Part shown: piece after piece, positions 18,668 through 26,889 of the stretch
Layout of the letters: each line of letters starts with the position of its first letter
Position numbering within the stretch: the first letter of the stretch is position 1
Assembly (NCBI GenBank): GCA_019233975.1
Contig: JAFALY010000008.1
Coordinates: 7,580-71,579, forward strand
From: Alphaproteobacteria bacterium
Lineage (GTDB): Bacteria; Pseudomonadota; Alphaproteobacteria; UBA9219
Length of the DNA: 64,000 bases
Direction: 5' to 3'
Made by a program: the position numbers and the translations under genes
The notes under the pieces: generated by a model
Seen by the model: only the letters and a program-made list of their open reading frames with translations
What the model was told of the DNA's origin: nothing
Databases searched by the model: none

Positions 18668-21600
18668 ATGCGCGGTAAAAAGAGTCTCTATCTTGGGCCA
18701 GTCCTGTTCGCGACCCTGGGGGTTTGCGGGGCCATGTCTGGCGTGGTGCTGGCCGAAGATGTCCCTGCTTTAACAATCGCGGCACGCGCGGGCGAACACC
18801 CCGATTTTGACCGTGTGGTGTTCGATTGGCCGCGGGATGTGCCCTATAAGGTCAAACGCGACGGCACACGCGTCACCATTCATTTCGATGCGGCTGCCAA
18901 AGTTAAATTTAACGGGTTCAACGACCTGACCCGCGCGCTGGGTTTCCGCACTACGCAAGACGATAAAGGCAATTTGGAAGTCAGTTTTACCGTCAACGGC
19001 AAAGCCGGGTTGCATGATTTCACCAGCGGCCATTCCATCGCCGTGGACATACAAGGCGGCGCAGCGTCATCAGCGGATGTTCCGGCGGCACCCCAAGAGG
19101 TCAAAAAGCCGCCAGCGACAGTTGCCGACAAGATACCAGCGCTGACGCCTGCAACACCGCCTGCCTCCGTGTCTGCGCCTGCTGCGGCCAAACCTGTAGC
19201 TGCTACCCCCACACCGGCCCAATCATCGGCTACGCCTTCAGCGCCAGCCGCGCCCCCCCCTGCCGCTACACAAACCCCTGCGGTGGTCGTGTCATCATCG
19301 GTGCCGGTTGCAACAGTAGCGCCTTTGCCGACATCACTGGTGCCGGAGCCCATCAAGCCGACTGTGTCTTCGAACATGCCGGTTATTCAGCCGCCCTTGT
19401 TGGCCAAAACAGGCACACAGACCGCGCCAAAGCCACCCGTGCAGGCACCTGCACCTGCGGCTCCTCCGGCTGCCGCACCAACAGATACCTCCAGTGTCAA
19501 CAAAACCGGGCTTATTACACTACAAGACATCACCCAGACACCCGCCTTGGTGGTGACGTTCGACCCGCACGTCGCGGCGCGTGTCGCCGTATGGCAACGT
19601 GGCGGCTATGGCTATCTGATGTTCGATCGCAAGCTGACGGTGCCGTTGGATTCTCTAATTGCGGGCCAGCCTGCGCCGCGTGTAGCACTGGAAAATGTCG
19701 ATATGCCGGACGCAAACGGCTACCGTTTTCCGGTACCGCCGGATGTGGATGTGCGCGCGACACAGTCCGGCACGTCATGGAAAATTTTTATGGCGCGGCA
19801 AATGACCGACATGCCGGTTGCCACGACTTTGGTGGCGCAACCCGACTTTGCGTTGGGCGCACGTTTCCTGTTGCCCTTGCCAGATGCGCCAAAGCCGATA
19901 CCGATGACCGACCCGGTGGTGGGCGATACGCTGATTATTGTGCCGCTCAGCAAAAGCGAGGCTTTTACCATGCCGCGGCGCATGGCGGATTTTGAAATCT
20001 GGCCTGCGGCACAGGGGCTGGTTATACGTCCCCTGACGGACAAGATCCTGGTGCGCAACCTGTCGGATGGAATCGAAATTACGGCGGATGGCGGCCTGCA
20101 TATGTCCAGCACCTTTGATACGGGCGCCAGCCAGCAATCAAATGAAAAGGCGCGTGCGAGCGCTGTGGGCAAGTCCATATTTGATTTTGCCACATGGGCG
20201 GGCAAGCCGGATGAAAGCTTCACGCAAACACGCCAGCGTTTGCAGCAGACGATCGTGGACGTGCCGGAACGCGAACGTAACCGCGCGCGTCTGGAACTGG
20301 CGCGGTTTTATTTCGCGCATGGCTATGGCGAAGAAGCCTTGTCCATGCTGACTGACCTGATCAAACAGTTGCCAGACCTTGCCGTACATACCGATTTTAT
20401 GGCGTTGTATAGTGCTGCCAAAATTCTGGCCTACCGTCCCGAAGAGGGCATTAAGGACCTTAACAACGACGTTTTCGCCAACCAGCCGGAAATCGATTTG
20501 TGGCTTGGCGTCGGTTATGCCGAAATGCGTGACTGGAAATCGGCGGAAGAAAAATTCTCGGTCAACGAAGCTATCTTGTCCGGTTATCCGGAACCTTTCT
20601 ACTCGCGTTTCTCTGTACTGGCGATTGAATCGGCACTGGCAGCGGGGCGCGACCGCGAAGCGGCGGACTGGCTTGATCGGCTGGAAACAGACAACCACAC
20701 ACAGGAAATTCAGCCCGCGATTGAATATTTGCACGGTGTTTTGCATGCCCGTTCTGGCCGCGCGCGCGCGGCAGAGCAAAGCTGGAAAGACGTCATGCAA
20801 AGCAATGACAGGCTTTACAAGGTGCGCGCTGAGTTGGCCTTGATCGACCTTGGCGTGGCCGATAATTCGCTGACCCCGGCGCAGGCCGCCGAACGGCTGG
20901 AGGCGCTGCGCTTCGGTTGGCGCGGCGACACGCTGGAACTGGATATCCTGCATCGTCTGGGCCAATTTTACATTCAGGCAAAGAATGTGAAGCAGGGCAT
21001 GAATGTCCTTAATCAGGCCATTCATTTGTATCCTGACGTCTATATGGCTGGCAAAATCAAACAGGAAATGTCGCAGACTTTCCATGACGTCTTCCTGACG
21101 GATCTGGGACAGAGTCTGTCGCCGTTAGAAGCATTGACGCTGTATCAGCAATATCATGACCTGATGCCGACGGGTGATGACGGCATTGCCGTGATGCGTA
21201 ATCTGGCCGAGCGTCTGATTGCGATTGACCTCCTGGATCAGGCCGCCGGTCTTCTGGATGATCTGGCCCGCAATAAACTGACGGGTAAAGAAAAGGCGAA
21301 AGCCAGTTCACGTCTGGCGGCGGTACGGTTGCTTGACCACCATCCTGAGCAGGCGCTCGAAGCGCTCGATATCGGCAATGGTGAATTTCTGCCCGCCGAC
21401 ATGCAGCATGAACGCTTGTTGCTGCGCGCCAAGGCGCTGTCTGACCTGCATCGCGATGACGAAGCGTTGGGCCTGCTGCGTGACAACAACCGCGAATCCG
21501 CAAAATTGCTGCGCGCCGATATCAGCGCGCACGCCCGTGACTGGCCCGCGACGGCCGCCGCTTTGCTGGAACTTATCGGTCCGCCGCCGAAGCCGGGTGA

Positions 21601-21898
21601 GGTTCTGTCGCATGATCAGGCTGACTGGCTCGTACGTGCCGCCACGGCCTATGCCCTTGCCGGTAACCAGACCGCGCTGGATAAGCTGGTGATCGACTAT
21701 GGCGCGGCCATGGCCGGAACACAGCAATATGATACGTTCCGTGTCCTGAGCCAGCCGGAAATTAACGGCCAGTTGAAAAACATAACGGCGGCACAGTCTA
21801 ATTTGTCGCAGGTTGATTTGTTCCAGGGCTTCCTGAACAGTTACCGCACGCCGTCCGGCACCACGCCACCAGCGGGAGCTGGAGTGAAGGTGAAGTAG
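18668..21898 (+). CDS. Large exported TPR-repeat protein with Pro/Ala-rich linker
   Basis: Signal peptide; GEHPDFDRVVFDW domain; long PAPA linker; helical repeats (ARLELARFYFAHGYGEEA, LEALRFGWRGD, LAERLIAIDLLDQAA). Confidence 0.75.
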   Translation: MRGKKSLYLGPVLFATLGVCGAMSGVVLAEDVPALTIAARAGEHPDFDRVVFDWPRDVPYKVKRDGTRVTIHFDAAAKVKFNGFNDLTRALGFRTTQDDKGNLEVSFTVNGKAGLHDFTSGHSIAVDIQGGAASSADVPAAPQEVKKPPATVADKIPALTPATPPASVSAPAAAKPVAATPTPAQSSATPSAPAAPPPAATQTPAVVVSSSVPVATVAPLPTSLVPEPIKPTVSSNMPVIQPPLLAKTGTQTAPKPPVQAPAPAAPPAAAPTDTSSVNKTGLITLQDITQTPALVVTFDPHVAARVAVWQRGGYGYLMFDRKLTVPLDSLIAGQPAPRVALENVDMPDANGYRFPVPPDVDVRATQSGTSWKIFMARQMTDMPVATTLVAQPDFALGARFLLPLPDAPKPIPMTDPVVGDTLIIVPLSKSEAFTMPRRMADFEIWPAAQGLVIRPLTDKILVRNLSDGIEITADGGLHMSSTFDTGASQQSNEKARASAVGKSIFDFATWAGKPDESFTQTRQRLQQTIVDVPERERNRARLELARFYFAHGYGEEALSMLTDLIKQLPDLAVHTDFMALYSAAKILAYRPEEGIKDLNNDVFANQPEIDLWLGVGYAEMRDWKSAEEKFSVNEAILSGYPEPFYSRFSVLAIESALAAGRDREAADWLDRLETDNHTQEIQPAIEYLHGVLHARSGRARAAEQSWKDVMQSNDRLYKVRAELALIDLGVADNSLTPAQAAERLEALRFGWRGDTLELDILHRLGQFYIQAKNVKQGMNVLNQAIHLYPDVYMAGKIKQEMSQTFHDVFLTDLGQSLSPLEALTLYQQYHDLMPTGDDGIAVMRNLAERLIAIDLLDQAAGLLDDLARNKLTGKEKAKASSRLAAVRLLDHHPEQALEALDIGNGEFLPADMQHERLLLRAKALSDLHRDDEALGLLRDNNRESAKLLRADISAHARDWPATAAALLELIGPPPKPGEVLSHDQADWLVRAATAYALAGNQTALDKLVIDYGAAMAGTQQYDTFRVLSQPEINGQLKNITAAQSNLSQVDLFQGFLNSYRTPSGTTPPAGAGVKVK

Positions 21899-21910
21899 AA
21901 TAGCTGTCAG

Positions 21911-22933
21911 CTAGCCAATCACATTGTCTGTTGTGGGGGTAGAACGAGCCAAAACTGGAGCAGCATAGGGGCTGCGCACCAGATATAGTGCCATCCCTGT
22001 TGTATCGAATGATTTGTATTCAAGAGCGCAGCCAACCTCAGCCAATGCGGCTTCAAAAATTTTAGGGGTAATTTTATATGAATTGGTGATGTGAAGCTCT
22101 TGCCCTTTTTTGATAACCAGCTTTTGGCCGTTTATCTTAATATGTTGCTCGGCGGTCGCGACCAGTAAATGTGCCAGCTGATGGCTTTCTGGTACCCATT
22201 TCGAAACATGCTTAAATAGATTTGGATCAAAGCCTTCAATTGGTAGTTCGCACGCTGCACGATAGAGTACATTACAAGCAAAATCTTCTGAGGCTTTATT
22301 GTCATAGCGCTTATGTAATTCGGCATTGTTGCTGGTCGTATCAAAGGACAGCAGCAGCCAGCCTTTACGCGCATAACTCAGCAGATAGCCCAATGTATCA
22401 ACTAGGCGGTCAAACGGAAAGTCTTGGCTGACGGGATTTGGGATATTGCCAATAGTACTGCCACCAAAATAAGCTAGCGTCGGCTCCGTTACTTTTTCTT
22501 TGTCTGTATAGATATCTCCCACACATAGAGCGGTAGCAATTTGTGGAAATGCGTCTTTAACCGCCTGTGCTGCTGCTTCTGCATATGCTTCCGACGCGTC
22601 AACGGCCACATAGCGCGATGATTCGACCTTTTCTAATAATTTCAAACTTTTGGACTCAATGGCGCTTTTGTTGCCCGGTCCCAAGTCATAGAGTGGAATA
22701 TGCGGAGGTATGTAGGGCAGTATATCTGATAGAGAGTCGTTTAATAACCACACATCAGCCCTTGCTATTGGATAATCTGGCTCATCATTAGCAAGTGTCG
22801 CCCACAGCTTTGCGCCTGACATGGATTGGCCACTCCGCTCGCCCTTATGATCGGCGTACATGTGCCGGCTCATATGAGCGGATTTACTCCCTGTCAGTAA
22901 ATCTATGAAGTCATTGAGGAAGTCAGTGTCCAT
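21911..22933 (-). CDS. EgtD-like (histidine/aromatic amino acid) N-methyltransferase
   Basis: YDLGPG, YVAVDAS, YFGGSTIGN, LLLSFD, RYDN and ITNSYK match the Methyltransf_33 layout. The DNA is AT-rich. Confidence 0.75.
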   Translation of the reverse strand: MDTDFLNDFIDLLTGSKSAHMSRHMYADHKGERSGQSMSGAKLWATLANDEPDYPIARADVWLLNDSLSDILPYIPPHIPLYDLGPGNKSAIESKSLKLLEKVESSRYVAVDASEAYAEAAAQAVKDAFPQIATALCVGDIYTDKEKVTEPTLAYFGGSTIGNIPNPVSQDFPFDRLVDTLGYLLSYARKGWLLLSFDTTSNNAELHKRYDNKASEDFACNVLYRAACELPIEGFDPNLFKHVSKWVPESHQLAHLLVATAEQHIKINGQKLVIKKGQELHITNSYKITPKIFEAALAEVGCALEYKSFDTTGMALYLVRSPYAAPVLARSTPTTDNVIG

Positions 22934-22945
22934 AGACCGGTTTAA

Positions 22946-23614
22946 TTATTTGTCAATTGAAGGAATGATGCCAGCATTTTTCCAAATGCTGTCAAACTGT
23001 ACGGCATAGGCGTCTGCGATTTGCCTAGATCTGATAAAAAGTATTTTCGGTGTAGGGTCTGCCTCAAAAACAATAATACCCAATCTATCGCCATATAAAT
23101 AGAAAGGAACTGCAGATGATTGCTGAGATTCTGCCCACCGATATTCAGTGTAACTTGATGTGTGCTCAGTATTGTGTCCGACACTTGTGAGGCTTTTAAA
23201 TTTTACATCATTTCGTCTCTTGATCAACGCTTGCATTCTTGTGAAGTGCTTTTGTGCATTTTCTTCGCCGTATGCTTTACTCCAGCGTTGCTCATCAATA
23301 TTTGTCGTACAAACAACCCCGCCATTCGCTGAGAGATAGCTGTAGACATCGTCAAGAAATGCCACCAAGCCTTCCCGTCCGCTTAGGACATCAACGCCTT
23401 CTGGGCGGAAGCGAACGCCTTGGCCATCAATAAATTCCAGGTTTTCTGCCTCAAAAGCCTTGCGAATCTTGCTCAGGCTTTCGTCGCGGCCGTGGGTAAC
23501 GCCGTTCTCAATGTTAAAGATTGTGGCGCGGGCAATACCGGAGCGTTTGCTGAGCTCGGCGGCGTCCCAAGAGAGTAAAGCGCGCGCAGCGCGTATTTGC
23601 GAGGGGGTGATCAT
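22946..23614 (-). CDS. XRE-family HTH regulator with a C-terminal sensor-like domain
   Basis: MITPSQIRAARALLSW...SGIARATIFNIE HTH; C-terminus YGDRLGII...IADAYAVQFDSIW. Confidence 0.8.
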   Translation of the reverse strand: MITPSQIRAARALLSWDAAELSKRSGIARATIFNIENGVTHGRDESLSKIRKAFEAENLEFIDGQGVRFRPEGVDVLSGREGLVAFLDDVYSYLSANGGVVCTTNIDEQRWSKAYGEENAQKHFTRMQALIKRRNDVKFKSLTSVGHNTEHTSSYTEYRWAESQQSSAVPFYLYGDRLGIIVFEADPTPKILFIRSRQIADAYAVQFDSIWKNAGIIPSIDK

Positions 23615-23770
23615 GTATTAGTCATTATGCTGAAAATAATGTGCACTCAATATAAATATTTATTTCAAAAATTATAATTTTCTTGACATAAAATAACAAT
23701 TAAAATTCTATTATGTATAAAATTGTCTTTTAAGACCAAATAATCTAGTCATGAAAACAAATATGAATTG
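23615..23770. promoter_or_regulatory. AT-rich divergent promoter/operator region
   Basis: TTGACA at 23683; palindromes ATAAATATTTAT (23652-23663) and AAAATTATAATTTT (23668-23681). Confidence 0.5.
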
Positions 23771-23854
23771 CTTTCATGCCCAGCCGCCCCTTATGTTGGG
23801 TTCATTCAAGGGAAGTCATAGCAGGGAAGATATAAAGGGGTAGGGGAGCCGGAA

Positions 23855-24043
23855 ATGGTGTCATACGAGACCTTTGTTGACCGTCATGGGGAAGACATGA
23901 CGCAGGCGATGCTCGAAGACCTTGAGCGATTTCTCAAGGTCGACACTTGCGGGATTGTATTGCCTTTAAAGGAACGTTGGATGCGTTTGATTGAGGGTAA
24001 GAATGCCGCCCCGGCGACCCGTCATGAGTTATGGGAGTTCTAA
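23855..24043 (+). CDS. Small hypothetical protein (62 aa)
   Basis: GGGGAG RBS before the ATG; divergent from the XRE gene. Confidence 0.55.
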   Translation: MVSYETFVDRHGEDMTQAMLEDLERFLKVDTCGIVLPLKERWMRLIEGKNAAPATRHELWEF

Positions 24044-24127
24044 GGGACGGCAGCATTTATATCAGGTGCGTTTATTTCAGGGGCAGTGATTTTTTATCAG
24101 GGGCAGTGGTACAGGGAGCAGAGGGTT

Positions 24128-24472
24128 ATGTCGATTAAAACAACACGCAAGGGGGCAAAAATGTCGGATGATAATGTTGCGATGCCTGTGGATGCCAACG
24201 CCTCCTTGCGTGATTATAAAGTTGAATTGCCCCGCACGCGTTTCAAGGCGCGTCTGGTGAATACAAAAGGACTGATGAACAAGCGTGAACTGATATCGGT
24301 GAAGGCGCTGACGGCTTATGTCGCGCATAACCAGAATGTATGCGAAGAAACCGTGCGTGCCATGCTGGCCGCCCAGTTTGAAGTGGATACCATCGACGAA
24401 TTGCGCCGCGATGATTACGAAAGCGTCGTTCGCTTTCTGGTTGATGTGCAGGTTGAGCTGCTGACCAACTAA
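24128..24472 (+). CDS. Hypothetical protein with ORF6C-like C-terminal helical motif
   Basis: ...AQFEVDTIDELRRDDYESVVRFL; RBS-like GAGGG. An alternative start is 24161. Confidence 0.55.
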   Translation: MSIKTTRKGAKMSDDNVAMPVDANASLRDYKVELPRTRFKARLVNTKGLMNKRELISVKALTAYVAHNQNVCEETVRAMLAAQFEVDTIDELRRDDYESVVRFLVDVQVELLTN

Positions 24473-24479
24473 GTGCTGC

Positions 24480-25772
24480 TTAGTCGATAAACGGATCTTT
24501 CATCAAAATCGTATCGTCCCGTTCGGGGCTGGTGGACAGCAATGTCACCGGCGCGCCGATCATTTCTTCCAGGCGGCGGATATATTTGATGGCATTGGAC
24601 GGCAATTCGGCCCAGCTGCGCGCGCCGCGCGTGCTTTCGCTCCAGCCCTCGCATACATCGTAAACCGGTTCCACGGCGGCCTGCGCCGCCTGTCCCGCCG
24701 GCAGATAGTCGATTTCCTTGCCGTTCAGCTTATAGGCGCGGCAGATTTTCAGCTCTTTCATGCCGTCCAGAATGTCCAGTTTGGTCAGCGCCAGACCGTC
24801 AATACCGCCAATCTTGACCGCCTGCCGCACCAGAACGGCGTCCAGCCAGCCGCAACGGCGCTTGCGCCCCGTCACGACGCCGAATTCACGCCCGCGCGTG
24901 CCCAGCAATTCGCCGACTTCACCATGATCTTCGGTCGGGAAGGGACCAGAGCCGACGCGTGTCGTATAGGCTTTGCAGATGCCCAGAACGCGGCCGATCT
25001 TGCCCGTGCCCATGCCGCTGCCCGACGCGGCGCAGGCGGCAACCGTGTTGCTGGACGTCACGAACGGATAGGTGCCGTGGTCGACATCCAGCATCGACCC
25101 CTGCGCGCCTTCGAACAGGATCAGTTTGCCCTGGCTGCTTTCTTCGTCTAGGCGCTGCCAGACAACATCGCCATAGGGCAGAACCTGCGGCGCGATTTGC
25201 ATCAGATCCTGATGAAGCTGCTTGCCGTCAATTTCCGGTGCGCCGAAACCGCGCAGCAAGGCGTTGTGATGCAGCAGCATCTGTTCAATCTTGTCGCGCA
25301 GAATGTCGGGCTCGCCCAGATCGCATAAACGAATGGCTCGGCGCGCAACCTTGTCTTCATAGGCCGGTCCGATGCCGCGACCGGTGGTGCCGATTTTGTT
25401 GCTGCCACGGGCTTCTTCGCGCGCGCGGTCGACGGCGGCATGTACGGGTAGGATAAGCGGGCAATTTTCGGCGATGATCAGCCTGTCCGGCGTGATGCTG
25501 ACGCCCTTGGAACGAACCGTGTCGATTTCTTTCAATAGGGCCCACGGGTCTACCACGACGCCATTGCCGATGACCGACAATTTGCCGCGACGAACGATGC
25601 CGGAGGGCAGAAGGCTCAGCTTATACTCAACCCCGTCGATGACCAGTGTGTGGCCAGCATTATGGCCGCCCTGAAAACGTACGATCACATCCGCGCGTGA
25701 CGACAGCCAGTCGACAATCTTGCCTTTGCCTTCATCGCCCCATTGGGCGCCTACGACAGCCACATTTTTCAT
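24480..25772 (-). CDS. purA: Adenylosuccinate synthetase
   Basis: [26 protein letters not shown] and EGAQG. Confidence 0.97.
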   Translation of the reverse strand: MKNVAVVGAQWGDEGKGKIVDWLSSRADVIVRFQGGHNAGHTLVIDGVEYKLSLLPSGIVRRGKLSVIGNGVVVDPWALLKEIDTVRSKGVSITPDRLIIAENCPLILPVHAAVDRAREEARGSNKIGTTGRGIGPAYEDKVARRAIRLCDLGEPDILRDKIEQMLLHHNALLRGFGAPEIDGKQLHQDLMQIAPQVLPYGDVVWQRLDEESSQGKLILFEGAQGSMLDVDHGTYPFVTSSNTVAACAASGSGMGTGKIGRVLGICKAYTTRVGSGPFPTEDHGEVGELLGTRGREFGVVTGRKRRCGWLDAVLVRQAVKIGGIDGLALTKLDILDGMKELKICRAYKLNGKEIDYLPAGQAAQAAVEPVYDVCEGWSESTRGARSWAELPSNAIKYIRRLEEMIGAPVTLLSTSPERDDTILMKDPFID

Positions 25773-25935
25773 GAAAAACGGTCCCTTCCTGCCTCGATCA
25801 CATCTAACGTGCAAGGGTCAAGGGACGCCTTGCAAGGCCTTCTAGCGGATTTTTCAGGGAAGTGGAAGGGGCTTTTGACCCCCCGGTTTGCCTATGGTAT
25901 CAGGGGGCATTGCCACATTCCCTGTGATTCCAGCC

Positions 25936-26124
25936 ATGACACAACCTGAAACCTTTACCGTCGATACGCCCAGTTTCTATTGCGATGGGGGCGGTGCCAT
26001 TGCGCCGGAGCTCGGCCATCCGCGCGTTTTCCTGACGGTTGCCGCTTCGGGCACAATCGACTGCCCCTATTGTGGCCGTCACTATATACTGAACCAAAGC
26101 GCCGCGCGCGCCGCGGGGCACTGA
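25936..26124 (+). CDS. zf-CHCC zinc-finger protein (NDUFS6-like)
   Basis: CDGG...GHPRVF...CPYC. Confidence 0.85.
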   Translation: MTQPETFTVDTPSFYCDGGGAIAPELGHPRVFLTVAASGTIDCPYCGRHYILNQSAARAAGH

Positions 26125-26889
26125 ATGACCACCTATCTGCCCAAAACCGTCATGATCACCGCCGCGAATAGCGGCTTTGGCGTGGCCTTTGCCAAGCGTT
26201 TTGCCGCTGCCGGTTGCCGCCTGATTTTGACGGCGCGCAGTCAGGACAAACTGAACAAGGTTGTGCAGGGTCTGGGCGTGCCGGTGCATGGCGTGGTGGT
26301 TGACTTGTCTGACCGCGCGGCAGTCGAAGCCATGTTTGCCGGATTGCCTGCCGATTTTCGCGCGATTGATCTGCTGATTAACAATGCAGGCGGCGCGCTG
26401 GGGCTGGAGCCCGGCTATGCGGCGCAGATCGACGATTGGCAGAAAATGGTCGATGTGAACATTCTGGGCCTGCTATACTGCACGCGTCTGGCTATTGCCG
26501 GCATGGTGGAACGCAAATGCGGGCACATTGTGAATATCGGCTCCGTTTCCGGCTCATACGCCTATCCTGGCGGCAGCGTATATTGCGCGTCCAAGGCGTT
26601 CGTTGAGCAGTTCAGCCGCACGATGCGTTGTGACCTGATCGCGACACAGGTGCGCGTGACAAACATCGAACCCGGCATGGTGGAAACGGACTTTTCGCTG
26701 AACCGCTTTAAGGGTGACGCCGAACGCGCCGCCAAGATATATGCAGGCGCTAATCCATTGGTTGCCGATGATGTGGCAGAGACGGTGTTTTGGGCGGCCA
26801 CGTTACCGCCGCGCGTCAATATCAACAGCATTGAATTGATGCCGGTGACGCAGGCGGCAGGCCCGCTGGCCGTGCACCGGACTGCATAA
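26125..26889 (+). CDS. SDR oxidoreductase (YdfG-like)
   Basis: TAANSGFG, NNAG, YCASK and IEPGMVET. Confidence 0.88.
   Translation: MTTYLPKTVMITAANSGFGVAFAKRFAAAGCRLILTARSQDKLNKVVQGLGVPVHGVVVDLSDRAAVEAMFAGLPADFRAIDLLINNAGGALGLEPGYAAQIDDWQKMVDVNILGLLYCTRLAIAGMVERKCGHIVNIGSVSGSYAYPGGSVYCASKAFVEQFSRTMRCDLIATQVRVTNIEPGMVETDFSLNRFKGDAERAAKIYAGANPLVADDVAETVFWAATLPPRVNINSIELMPVTQAAGPLAVHRTA

Noticed and set aside
19060-19500. Pro/Ala-rich repetitive-looking DNA as a possible repeat array
   Set aside because: It is an in-frame protein linker with no fixed repeat unit or spacers.
21900-24472. Prophage or integrative element
   Set aside because: No integrase, structural genes or flanking direct repeats were seen; it is kept only as an AT-rich islet.
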